DNA of 64,000 nt. Source: Planctomycetota bacterium. Its GTDB lineage: Bacteria > Planctomycetota > UBA1135 > UBA2386. The notes under the pieces are model-generated. The model worked only from the letters and a program-made list of their open reading frames with translations. It was not told the origin of the DNA and did not search any database. Shown here in pieces: positions 28,489 through 37,499 of the stretch. Position numbers and translations under genes: made by a program. Where the stretch lies: positions 6,016,001 to 6,080,000 of the forward strand of contig JBKAGP010000001.1 of the NCBI GenBank assembly GCA_046290465.1. The letters are read 5' to 3'. Position 1 is the first letter of the stretch. Each line of letters opens with the position of its first letter.

Positions 28489-29756
28489 AGACCTCTTTGA
28501 ACTCCCTCACCATCTGCGTCGCGATCGCCGCGGCGCTCGCGCCGACCGCAGTGGCGCAGTCCCTCGAACAGCGCCTCGACGCGCTCGAGAAGCAGAACCA
28601 GAGCCTGCAGCAGCAGCTCGACGCGATCTCGCAGGACGTCGAGAGCATCGACCTCGGCGGCCTGGTGCCGCCGCTCAGCGAGCCCAAGCGCGGCGTCGGC
28701 CAGGGCGCCGCCAAGGTCTACGACATCGAGCAGGGCCTCTCGATCGGTGGCTACGGCGAGTTCCTGTTCACGCAGCGCAGCGGCCGCACCGACTTCGCCG
28801 ACGCGCAGCGCGTGATCCTCTACTTCGGCTACAAGTTCTCGGACAAGTGGGTGTTCAACTCGGAGATCGAGGTCGAGCACGGCACCACCAACGGCGGTAG
28901 CGGCGAGGTCAGCCTCGAGTTCGGCTACCTCGACTACATGCACAGCGACGCGCTCAACCTGCGCGCCGGCATGCTGCTGTCGCCGCTCGGCCTGGTCAAC
29001 GAACTGCACGAGCCGACCACGTTCCTGACGGCCAGCCGGTCGCAGACCGAGTCGCGCATCATCCCGACGACGCTGCGGGAGATGGGCGCGGGTGCCTACG
29101 GCGACGTCGGCGACTTCTCGTACCGCGCCTACGCGATGACCTCGCTCGACGGCGCCAACTTCTCGTCGAGCGGCCTGCGCGGCGGTCGGCAGCGCGGCAG
29201 CAAGGCCGAGGCCGACGACTGGTCGCTGGTCGGCCGGCTCGACTACGTCGGCGTCAACGGTCTGGTGGTCGGCGGCTCGGCGAGCTACGGCGACACGGGT
29301 CAGGACAATCTCGACGACACCACGCCGACGCCGAACGCGGTGCCGAACCTGACGACGACGATCCTCGAGGCGCACGTCGACTACCGCACCGGGCCGTGGC
29401 AGCTGCGCGCGCTGTGGGCGACCGCCAACATCCAGGACGCCGCGACCTTCAACGCGACGACCGGCAACAACCTCGCCGACCGCCTGACCGGCTACTACGG
29501 CGAGGTCGGCTTCGACGTGCTCAGCGTGCTGGCGCCCGGCCAGCGCGCGCAGCTGACGCCGTTCTTCCGCTACGAGAACATCGACACGCAGGACCAGGTG
29601 CCGACCGGGTTCGCGCCGGTCACAGCGCAGCAGAACGAGATCTACACGATCGGCGTCAACTACAAGCCGATCCCGCAGGTCGTGGTCAAGGTCGACTACG
29701 AGAACTGGGACAACAACTTCGATCGCCTGAACGTGCTGTTCGGCTACGTCTTCTAG
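28485..29756 (+). CDS. Putative outer-membrane porin with an N-terminal coiled coil
   Basis: Signal peptide; LEQRLDALEKQNQSLQQQL coil; IGGYGE, FNSEIEVEHG, NELHEPTTF; ends in FGYVF. Confidence 0.8.
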   Translation: MKTSLNSLTICVAIAAALAPTAVAQSLEQRLDALEKQNQSLQQQLDAISQDVESIDLGGLVPPLSEPKRGVGQGAAKVYDIEQGLSIGGYGEFLFTQRSGRTDFADAQRVILYFGYKFSDKWVFNSEIEVEHGTTNGGSGEVSLEFGYLDYMHSDALNLRAGMLLSPLGLVNELHEPTTFLTASRSQTESRIIPTTLREMGAGAYGDVGDFSYRAYAMTSLDGANFSSSGLRGGRQRGSKAEADDWSLVGRLDYVGVNGLVVGGSASYGDTGQDNLDDTTPTPNAVPNLTTTILEAHVDYRTGPWQLRALWATANIQDAATFNATTGNNLADRLTGYYGEVGFDVLSVLAPGQRAQLTPFFRYENIDTQDQVPTGFAPVTAQQNEIYTIGVNYKPIPQVVVKVDYENWDNNFDRLNVLFGYVF

Positions 29757-29768
29757 GAGCGCGCGACG

Positions 29769-30407
29769 ATGCGACAGACCCTGGTGCTGGTGTTCGTCCT
29801 GCTGGTCGCCGCGCTCGCGGCGCCGGCGCAGGGCAAGGTGTTCCTGACGACCAAGGAGGCGCTGTCGCTGGCGTTCCCGAAGTGCAAGGTCGAGCGCAAG
29901 AAGTACGTGCTCGACGAGGATCGCAAGGCCAAGGCCGAGAAGCTCGCCGGCCACGCGCCGCGGCGCGCGATGGTCTACGCCTACGAGGCGCGCAAGAACG
30001 GCAAGCTGGTTGGCACCGCCTACTTCGATCGCCACCGGGTGCGCTCCAAGCAGGAGCTGGTGATGATCGTCGTCGATCCGACGAGCAAGGTGCGCCGCAT
30101 CGAGGTGATCGCGTTCGAGGAGCCGACCGACTACCTGCCGCGCGGCTCGTTCTATGCGCAGTTCGTCGGCCGCGGCCTCGACGCGAAGCTCTCGACCAAG
30201 CGCGACATCGTCGGCGTCGCCGGCTCGACCCTGACGGTCAACGCGACCATCGAGGCGGTGCGTCGGATCCTGGCAGCGCACATGGTGCTGCACCCCGATC
30301 AGGTCGCGCGCCAGAAGAAGAAGAAGGCGAAGCCGAAGCCGAAGCCGAAGCCGAAGCCGAAGCCGCGGCCGCCGGTCGGCGTGGTCGGGAGCGCCGTCGG
30401 CAGGTGA
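29769..30407 (+). CDS. Secreted FMN-binding (flavinylated) protein
   Basis: Signal peptide; FEEP..Y; FYAQFVG; DIVGVAGSTLT resembles the D-x-x-[ST]GAT flavinylation motif; adjacent to apbE. Confidence 0.8.
   Translation: MRQTLVLVFVLLVAALAAPAQGKVFLTTKEALSLAFPKCKVERKKYVLDEDRKAKAEKLAGHAPRRAMVYAYEARKNGKLVGTAYFDRHRVRSKQELVMIVVDPTSKVRRIEVIAFEEPTDYLPRGSFYAQFVGRGLDAKLSTKRDIVGVAGSTLTVNATIEAVRRILAAHMVLHPDQVARQKKKKAKPKPKPKPKPKPRPPVGVVGSAVGR
30330..30365 (+). repeat. Hexamer microsatellite (AAGCCG)x6 encoding (KP)6
   Basis: Six perfect copies in the 3' end of the FMN-binding protein gene. Confidence 0.9.
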
Positions 30408-30832
30408 AGCGCGCCGACAAGCGGTTCACGTACCTGTCGGTCGCGTGCGCGGCCGGCAGCGGGCTGCTGTACGGTTACCTGCTCTACTTCGGCGAGACCG
30501 AGGACGAGTTCGGGCCGGTGCAGCACCCGTGGGTCGCTCCGCTGCAGGGCCTGCACGTGGTGACGGTGCCGCTGTTCGTGTTCGCGCTCGGGCTGATCTG
30601 GCACTACCACGTGGTGCAGAAGCTGCAGAGCGGCGCACCGCAGCGGCGGCGCACCGGCATCGCGTTGCTGAGCCAGGCGTTGCCGATGATCGCGACCGGC
30701 TACCTGCTGCAGGTCACCGTCGACGAGCTGTGGCGTGCGGTGTGGATCTGGTCGCACCTGGTGACGTCGCTGCTGTTCTGCGTGGCGTTCGTCGCCCACC
30801 TGCTGGCGCGCGCTACGAAGCGTCGAGCGTGA
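30404..30832 (+). CDS. Four-TM membrane protein with intramembrane histidines (cytochrome b-like)
   Basis: GTG start overlapping the upstream stop; four hydrophobic helices; His pairs GLHVV...WHYHV and WSHLV...VAHLL. Confidence 0.7.
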   Translation: MKRADKRFTYLSVACAAGSGLLYGYLLYFGETEDEFGPVQHPWVAPLQGLHVVTVPLFVFALGLIWHYHVVQKLQSGAPQRRRTGIALLSQALPMIATGYLLQVTVDELWRAVWIWSHLVTSLLFCVAFVAHLLARATKRRA

Positions 30833-32435
30833 CGAACAGCCGGTCCTGCGTGAACAGCAGCACGAACAGCTCGCGCAGCGTTGCATCGTCGTAGCCGGTC
30901 CGCGGCAGGTCGCCGTGCTCGGCCAGCAGCGCGCGCACCCGGGCGAGCGCCCGGTCGTCGCCGCGCAGCCGCACGTCGCCGTAGCCGTCGACGGCCGGCA
31001 GCGGTTCCCGTTCGAGGAACGCCTGCACCGCGTCCTGCATGCGCTGCCAGGTTGCGTACGGCGTCAGCCCGAAGCGGATCGGGCGCTGCTCGAGCGGGTC
31101 GGCCCACGGCAACCAGGCGGCGATCTGTCGATCCAGCTCCGGCAGGCCGAGCTCGGGGTGCGCGCGGTCCAGCGTGAACGCCGCGAACAGGTGCGCGTAG
31201 AGCGGGTTGGGGGCGCGTTCGCCGGCGCGCAGCGCGGTGGTCGTGCGCAGCCAGGACGGCTCCGCCGCGAACGGCTCGTGCGCCAGCAGCTGGCAGCGAT
31301 GGTCGCGACCGCCGAGCCACAGCGCGTCGTCGCCGTCGCCGCGCCGGTTGTGCCGCAGGTCGCGCGCCGCGCGCGGCCGCAGCACCACCTTGCCGTCGCC
31401 GGTGCGGGTCGGCACCGAGCCGCCGAACCAGCGCAGCCGTTCGAGCCGCAGGCGGTGGCGCAGCGTGCCCTCGCCGCCAAGGAACGCGGGGTGTGGCCGG
31501 GGCTCCTGCACGACGGCAGCCGGGGCGTCGTCGCGGCGCGCGCAGACGACGAAGTTGGTGCGCAGCTCCTGCCACAGGTCGAGGTAGTGGAGCACGAAGC
31601 TCTGCGAACGGCCCTGCATGCCGAGGCGCTCGGCCATGCGGTCGGGCTGCGCCCACGGTCGGTGGAACCAGAACGACGCCTCGAGGCCGGCCTGCTGCAG
31701 CAGCCCGCCGAGTTCGAACGCGGTGAAGCCGCGATCGCCCGCGTGCAGGAAGCCGTCGACGACGCCGGCGTCGTTGCGGCTGTCGGCGTAGGTCGTGAAC
31801 GCGTAGCGCAGCGGATGCGCCGCCGGCAGCGCCCGGACGAACCGCCGCAGCAGCGCGGGGTGGTGGCGTTCGTTCGCGGTCAGTCCGAGCAGCCTGGCGA
31901 CCCGTTGCACCTGGAAGATGCGCTGCCGCGAGTAGTGCGGGTAGACCATCACGCGCAGCACGCCGCGCGGCGTCAGCCGCCGGCGCAGCCGCCGCAGCGC
32001 GGTCGCCGGGTCGGCGAGGTTCATCAGCACGCCGTAGCACTCGATCAGGTCGAACTCGCCGTCCGGCCAGGTCGACTCGTCGCCGAGGTCGACCGGCGCG
32101 AACCGCACGTGCTTCTGCCGGTGCACGGCGCAGCGGCGGCGCGCGACCGCGAGGCTCGGCTCGCTCAGGTCGGTCGCGACGATCTCGGCGTTGGGGTTGG
32201 CGACCGCGAACGCATACGGCTGGAACGTGCCGCAGCCGGCGATCCAGATCCGCGGCCGCGCCGGCGCCGCACTGCTGCCGCAGCGATCCCACAGCCACGC
32301 GACGTGCAGCTCCCACGGGTGGGTGCTCGGCAGGTTGGCCAGCAGCGGCACCTGCGGGTAGGGCCAGGCCGCGTACTGCTGCTTCATCACCTCGGCCTTG
32401 TCGGCCGAGGTCGGGTCCGCCTGCTTCGTCGTCAT
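30813..32435 (-). CDS. Class I SAM-dependent methyltransferase with C-terminal extension
   Basis: QYAAWPYP; RIWIAGCGT; TDLSEPSL; FDLIECYGVL; LTPRGVLRVMVY. Confidence 0.85.
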   Translation of the reverse strand: MTTKQADPTSADKAEVMKQQYAAWPYPQVPLLANLPSTHPWELHVAWLWDRCGSSAAPARPRIWIAGCGTFQPYAFAVANPNAEIVATDLSEPSLAVARRRCAVHRQKHVRFAPVDLGDESTWPDGEFDLIECYGVLMNLADPATALRRLRRRLTPRGVLRVMVYPHYSRQRIFQVQRVARLLGLTANERHHPALLRRFVRALPAAHPLRYAFTTYADSRNDAGVVDGFLHAGDRGFTAFELGGLLQQAGLEASFWFHRPWAQPDRMAERLGMQGRSQSFVLHYLDLWQELRTNFVVCARRDDAPAAVVQEPRPHPAFLGGEGTLRHRLRLERLRWFGGSVPTRTGDGKVVLRPRAARDLRHNRRGDGDDALWLGGRDHRCQLLAHEPFAAEPSWLRTTTALRAGERAPNPLYAHLFAAFTLDRAHPELGLPELDRQIAAWLPWADPLEQRPIRFGLTPYATWQRMQDAVQAFLEREPLPAVDGYGDVRLRGDDRALARVRALLAEHGDLPRTGYDDATLRELFVLLFTQDRLFVTLDAS

Positions 32436-32560
32436 CCGTCGGTGACATCGGCCGAACGGGCCGCCGGCACTGAGCGCCGTCGACGGATTCGGGCGGGTCG
32501 CGGCCAGGATTGCTATGCTGCGCGCGGGCGCCCGGCGCCCGGAAGGAGACCTACCGCCAG

Positions 32561-33568
32561 ATGCAATCCCATCCCGTCCTGCTCGCCCGACTCGCCGTCC
32601 TCTCGTCCGTCTGCCTGATGGCCTCGTGGGCCCCGGCCCAGATCCAGGCGACGCTGCTCGCGCCGCAGCCGCTGGTGCTGCAGAACAGCAGCGGCACCCA
32701 GAGCGTGCAGCCCGCCGGTCCGCTGACCTCCGCGGCGCTCGCGATCGGCCCGGCGTCGCTCGCCTGCAGCCTGGCGCCGTCGGCCAACGGCTGGCTGCTC
32801 GAGTCCGACCAGAACTGTCCGCTGGCGTCCTCGGGCTACTACCTGGCGGACACCGAACTGCTGGTCTCGTTCTCGTCGCCGACGCCGGTCGTCTGCACGC
32901 TCCGGCTCGAGAACCAGCTCGGCGGCGACGCCGGCGCCTACACGACCGTCGACGTCGGTGACGACGGCGTGCTCGAGTACGCGGAGCTGTGGGGTTCGAG
33001 CGCGCTGCTGACCACGCGCGACCACCTGGTGGTCACGGTCGGGCCGACGCCGCTCTCGGTGCGGATCACGCAGCAGTGCGGCGGTTGGCCGATCAGCGAG
33101 TCGCACCTCGACCTCGCACTCGAACCGTGGAGCCCGCTGGGGACGCCGGCGGCAGCGGGCGCGGGCGGCATGTTCACCTACGGCTCGTTCCCGCCACCGC
33201 AGATCCGCAGCGACCACCTGCTCGACCTGATCGACGACGGCGTGCCCGGCAGCTCGGGGCTGCTGCGGGCGCGCGGGCTCGGCCAGTTCGAGGTGTTCGT
33301 CGCGTCGCTGCAGCCCAACACGCTGCCGCTGCAGCTGCCGGCGCCGTTCGCAGAGACCTGCGACGTGCTGGCCAACGTCGGCGCGGTCGCGCCGGGCACG
33401 GTCGTGGCCGGCGGGTGGCTGTCGGACTCGTCGTGGGACCTCCGTCTGCCGCAGCTGCCGGCCGGCGTGACGTTCTACGTGCAGCACCTGTGCGCCAAGC
33501 TGCCGACCCAGTCCTGCCCCGGCAACACGCTGTTCGACGCGAGCAACGTCGTGCGCATCGATACCTGA
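32561..33568 (+). CDS. Secreted hypothetical protein with a divergent C-terminal module
   Basis: Signal peptide ending APA-Q; VDVGDDGVLE; C-terminus LRLPQLPAGVTFYVQ...ASNVVRIDT. Confidence 0.7.
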   Translation: MQSHPVLLARLAVLSSVCLMASWAPAQIQATLLAPQPLVLQNSSGTQSVQPAGPLTSAALAIGPASLACSLAPSANGWLLESDQNCPLASSGYYLADTELLVSFSSPTPVVCTLRLENQLGGDAGAYTTVDVGDDGVLEYAELWGSSALLTTRDHLVVTVGPTPLSVRITQQCGGWPISESHLDLALEPWSPLGTPAAAGAGGMFTYGSFPPPQIRSDHLLDLIDDGVPGSSGLLRARGLGQFEVFVASLQPNTLPLQLPAPFAETCDVLANVGAVAPGTVVAGGWLSDSSWDLRLPQLPAGVTFYVQHLCAKLPTQSCPGNTLFDASNVVRIDT

Positions 33569-33570
33569 CG

Positions 33571-33630
33571 CATCCACACCGGGCTACATCGAGACCGGGC
33601 CATATCGAGACCGGACCACTCCGACACCGC
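33571..33630. repeat. Degenerate 16-bp tandem repeat (about 4 copies)
   Basis: CATCCACACCGGGCTA / CATCGAGACCGGGCCA / TATCGAGACCGGACCA / CTCCGACACCG between convergent genes. Confidence 0.55.
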
Positions 33631-33659
33631 CATCGGGGGACACCGGCATGGCGGCGGCC

Positions 33660-34802
33660 CTACAGCTCGTCGTCGTCGTCGGCCCCGTCGTACATGTCGG
33701 CGATCTCCTCGACCGCCGAGTGCAGGTCGTCCGGCGTCTTCAGCGGCAGGAACCGGCCGCGGCGGCCATTGCGCCGCACCTGCAGGAAGTTGGTCGACAG
33801 GTGCGCGGTCATCTCGCCGATCAGGTGCTCGACCTGCACCGCGTCGCGGCCCTCGACCTGCTTCTCGACGTAGTACCAGCCGAGGTCGAAGTCGCGGTCG
33901 AGCGATTCTGCCGAGAACGTGAACGTGTTGGTGTTGAACACGTCGACGATGTTCGGGTCGAAGCCGGCCGGGTAGCGCAGCTGCTCGATCAGCTGGGTTC
34001 GGCCGAGATACTGGAACGGCGAGCCGCCGACGTCCTCCGGCCACTTCGGCGCGACCTCGACGGTCATCTCGCAGCCGCTCTGGATGTGGTGGCCGAGCAC
34101 GATCGGGTCGATGCGGGCGCCGAGGTTGTCGACGTTGCGCACCAGCAGGTAGCGGCCGCCACGGTCGAGGAACCGCTGCAGCGCGCCGCAGCCGCGGAAC
34201 GCCGCGGCGAAGTCGCCGTGACCGGGGCCGTACGGCGACGGTTCGCCGTTCTCGAGTTCGAACAGCTCGCCCTTCTGCGTCAGGCGCACGGCCACGAACT
34301 GGGTGAAGTGCTCGATCGCCTCCGCGTCGAGGCCGAAGTTGTCGTGCTCGGCGAAGTGCGCCTTGGTGGCGTCGTCGGTCGCGAAGCTGTTCATGCAGAA
34401 CAGCGACACGTCCCCGGGCGTCGAACGGCGGTGGTGCAGCACGTCCTCGACCCCGAGGCCGAGGAACGACCGCGACGACGACAGCACCGGCACGACGCCC
34501 TTGACGACGCCGCCGAAGCGGGTCGCCATGCCGCCGTTGAGCACGACGACGCCGAGCTGGCCGTTCTTGATCGCCTCGAGGCCGATCTGCTCGAGCTCCT
34601 TGTGGGCGCGCGTCGCGCCGCCCGGCAGCTTCTGCACCGAGCCCGGCGGCGGCGCCAGCAGATCGCCGCTGACGGCGTTGGTCTCCCGGCTCAGGCGACC
34701 CTCGGCGATGTCCTTCTGCCAGCGTTGCTGCAGCTCCGCGTCGAAGCCGTAGCGCTGCAGTTCGTTCCGTTGCTGCTCGTTGAGCTCTTTCAAGCGGCGC
34801 AC
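33660..34802 (-). CDS. UDPGP-family (eukaryote-like) UDP-sugar pyrophosphorylase
   Basis: VLNGGMATRFGG..K; MNSFAT; PGHGD; NVDNLGA; FNTN; FLPLKTPDDL. Confidence 0.85.
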   Translation of the reverse strand: MRRLKELNEQQRNELQRYGFDAELQQRWQKDIAEGRLSRETNAVSGDLLAPPPGSVQKLPGGATRAHKELEQIGLEAIKNGQLGVVVLNGGMATRFGGVVKGVVPVLSSSRSFLGLGVEDVLHHRRSTPGDVSLFCMNSFATDDATKAHFAEHDNFGLDAEAIEHFTQFVAVRLTQKGELFELENGEPSPYGPGHGDFAAAFRGCGALQRFLDRGGRYLLVRNVDNLGARIDPIVLGHHIQSGCEMTVEVAPKWPEDVGGSPFQYLGRTQLIEQLRYPAGFDPNIVDVFNTNTFTFSAESLDRDFDLGWYYVEKQVEGRDAVQVEHLIGEMTAHLSTNFLQVRRNGRRGRFLPLKTPDDLHSAVEEIADMYDGADDDDEL

Positions 34803-34855
34803 AAGCTACCAACCGGGACGTTCCGTGGCGAGCCCGTCTCCGTTACACCAACAGC

Positions 34856-36820
34856 ATGGGTGGTACGTCGGACGGCGAACTCGCGAGCGAGGCTGCGCAC
34901 GGTGCGCTGTCGCCGGACGCGCCGTTGACGATGTTGCCCGGCATCGGGCCGACCACGGCGAGCCGGCTGGCGGCGGCGGGCCTGCGCCGCGCCTTCGACC
35001 TGGTGCTGTGGTTCCCGCGCCGCTACCGCGCGCTGCGCGAGGTGCGCGGGCCCGACCAGTCGCTGGTCGGCGAGCTGGTGCGCATCCAGGCGGTGGTGCA
35101 CAACGCGTCGCTGGCGTGGCTGCCGCGGCGGCGCGCGATGGTCACGATCACGTTCGCGTGCGACGACGGCAGCACGTTCGCGGCGCAGTTCTTCAACCAG
35201 CCGTGGATGAAGAAGAACTACCCCGTCGGCCAGCGGCGGCTGGTCGAGGGCACGCTGCAGGTCAAGGCGCGCCGGTTCGTGGTGCAGCAGCCGAAGATCC
35301 TGCCGGTCGGCGCCGATCCGGACGGCGAGGTGCAGCTGCGCTACCCCGAGATCGACGGGGTCTCCGACAACAAGCTGCGCCAGTGGATCGGCACCGTGCT
35401 CGACGGCCTCGACTACCGGGCGGTGGAGATGCCGCCGATGCCCAAGGGCCTCGAGGAGCTGACGCGGTCGGCGCGGCAGCTGCTGCTGGCGATGCACCGG
35501 CCGCAGGACGTCGCCGAGCACGAGCACGCGCGGCGGCACTTCGCGGTGCGCGAAGCGCTCGAACTGTTCGCCCGGGTCGAGCGGGCGCGGCAGGCGCGTC
35601 GGCGCCGCAGCGCGCGCGCGTTCCCGATCGATCCGCAGGTCTGCGAGCGGATCCTGTCGCGCATCCCGTTTGCGCTGACCAACGACCAGCGCGACGCGGT
35701 CGAGCTGCTGTGGCAGCGCCTGGCCGGCCCCGGCGCGATGGGCGTGCTGCTGCAGGGCGACGTCGGCACCGGCAAGACCGCCGTCGCGATTGCCGCGGCG
35801 CTGTCGGTCTGCGCGCGCGACGGCCTGGTGGCGTTCCTGGCGCCGACCGAACTGCTGGCCGAGCAGCACCACGAGTCGGTGTCGCGCTGGCTGCACGGCT
35901 CGGGCATCGACGTCGCGCTGTGCACCGCCTCGCACCGTCGCGAGGTGCCGAGAAGCGGGCCGCGGTTGGTGTTCGGCACGCACGCGCTGATGGCCGGCGA
36001 CGTCGCGATGCCCGGCCTCGGTCTGGTGATCGTCGACGAGCAGCACCGTTTCGGCGTCAACCAGCGCATGGCGTTGGTCGACAAGGGCGACAACCCGCAC
36101 GTGCTGGTGATGACGGCGACCCCGATCCCGCGCACGCTGGCGCTGGTCCTGTTCGGGGATCTCGACGCCGTCGTGCTGCGCGAACGGCCACCCGGCCGCG
36201 GTCCGGTGCGCGCCGTGCACGTGCCGGCGGCCAACTGGTCGCGCGCCGTGCACAGCATCGCGCGCGCGGTCCGCCGCGGCGGCCGCGTGTTCGTGGTCTG
36301 CCCGGCCGTCGGTGAGGACGGCGAGAAGGGCGGCGTGCTGCGCGTGTTCGAGACGCTGCGCAAGACGTTCCGCTGCGGCCACGTGCACGGCCGCATGAAG
36401 GCGAGCGAACGGCAGCGTCAGGTGGCGCTGTTCCGCGAGGGCATCACCGACGTGCTGGTCGGCACCACCGTGCTCGAGGTCGGCGTCGACGTGCCCGAGG
36501 CGACGCTGATCGTGGTGGTCTCGGCCGAGCGCTTCGGCATTGCGACCCTGCATCAGCTGCGCGGCCGCGTCGGCCGCGGCCGCCGGCGCGGCCTGGCCCT
36601 GCTGTGCGGGGACAAGAGCGAGCGGGTCGCCGCGATCTGCCGCACCACCGACGGCTTCGAACTGGCCGAGGCGGACCTCGCGCTGCGCGGCAGCGGCGAA
36701 CTGCTCGGCACCCAGCAGAGCGGCTTCGGCGAGCTGCGCGCGCTCGACCCGATCCGCGACCTCGAACTGCTGCGCCGCGCCCGCGACGCGGTGCGCACCG
36801 ATCCAGAACCGACGCCATGA
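34856..36820 (+). CDS. recG: ATP-dependent DNA helicase RecG
   Basis: FFNQP wedge; LLQGDVGTGKT; LAPTELLAEQH; DEQHRFG; MTATPIPRTL; LHQLRGRVGRG; DGFELAEADL.LRG. Confidence 0.97.
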   Translation: MGGTSDGELASEAAHGALSPDAPLTMLPGIGPTTASRLAAAGLRRAFDLVLWFPRRYRALREVRGPDQSLVGELVRIQAVVHNASLAWLPRRRAMVTITFACDDGSTFAAQFFNQPWMKKNYPVGQRRLVEGTLQVKARRFVVQQPKILPVGADPDGEVQLRYPEIDGVSDNKLRQWIGTVLDGLDYRAVEMPPMPKGLEELTRSARQLLLAMHRPQDVAEHEHARRHFAVREALELFARVERARQARRRRSARAFPIDPQVCERILSRIPFALTNDQRDAVELLWQRLAGPGAMGVLLQGDVGTGKTAVAIAAALSVCARDGLVAFLAPTELLAEQHHESVSRWLHGSGIDVALCTASHRREVPRSGPRLVFGTHALMAGDVAMPGLGLVIVDEQHRFGVNQRMALVDKGDNPHVLVMTATPIPRTLALVLFGDLDAVVLRERPPGRGPVRAVHVPAANWSRAVHSIARAVRRGGRVFVVCPAVGEDGEKGGVLRVFETLRKTFRCGHVHGRMKASERQRQVALFREGITDVLVGTTVLEVGVDVPEATLIVVVSAERFGIATLHQLRGRVGRGRRRGLALLCGDKSERVAAICRTTDGFELAEADLALRGSGELLGTQQSGFGELRALDPIRDLELLRRARDAVRTDPEPTP

Positions 36821-37440
36821 CGCATCCCAACGCATTGACCGTCGCGCAGGCCCGCGCGATCGACCGTGAGGCCCACGACCGCCTCGGCATGCCGACCGTG
36901 CTGCTGATGGAGAACGCCGCGCGGTCGGTCGCCGAAGCCGCGCGCACGCTCGGCCAGCGGTTCGTGATCCTGTGCGGTGCCGGCAACAACGGTGGCGACG
37001 GCCTGGCGGTCGCGCGCCACCTCGGCTTCGCCCGCTGCGCGATCCACCTGCTCGCCGAGCCCGATCCCGAGCGCGCCGCCGACGCGGCGCTGCAGCGCGA
37101 CATCCTGCACCGGGCCGGCGCCCGCCTGCGGGTCGCGCAGGCGCCGGATCCGGCCGAGCACTCCGGCGCGGTCTGGATCGACGCGCTGTTCGGCACCGGC
37201 CTGACCCGCGAGCTGACCGGTGCGGCGCGCGACTGGGTCGAGGTGTTCAACTACGCGACCGGCCACAAGCTCAGCGTCGACATCCCGTCGGGCCTGCACG
37301 GCGACACCGGCGAGGTGCTCGGGATCGCGTGCCGGGCCGACCAGACCGTGACGTTCGTGGCCCCGAAGGTTGGCATGCGAACCGAGACCGGCGAAGCGCA
37401 CTGCGGCCGCATCACGGTGGTGGGGCTGGGGCTGCCGTAG
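36817..37440 (+). CDS. nnrE: NAD(P)H-hydrate epimerase (stand-alone YjeF_N)
   Basis: LLMENAA; CGAGNNGGDG; IDALFGTG; SVDIPSG; ADQTVTF. Confidence 0.93.
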   Translation: MTHPNALTVAQARAIDREAHDRLGMPTVLLMENAARSVAEAARTLGQRFVILCGAGNNGGDGLAVARHLGFARCAIHLLAEPDPERAADAALQRDILHRAGARLRVAQAPDPAEHSGAVWIDALFGTGLTRELTGAARDWVEVFNYATGHKLSVDIPSGLHGDTGEVLGIACRADQTVTFVAPKVGMRTETGEAHCGRITVVGLGLP

Positions 37441-37499
37441 GCCCGCGCACGGACCGGCCGGCAGCAGCACCGGGCCGGGTCGACGGCTACGATCGCCGC

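Noticed and set aside
30813..30832. 20-nt tail-to-tail overlap of convergent genes
   Set aside because: Common in compact GC-rich genomes; no sign of a regulatory role.
27305..33630. Short repeats at 27305-27345 and 33571-33630 (also 8465-8490) as CRISPR or iteron arrays
   Set aside because: The units are 11-16 bp, directly adjacent with no unique spacers, and there are no cas or rep genes.
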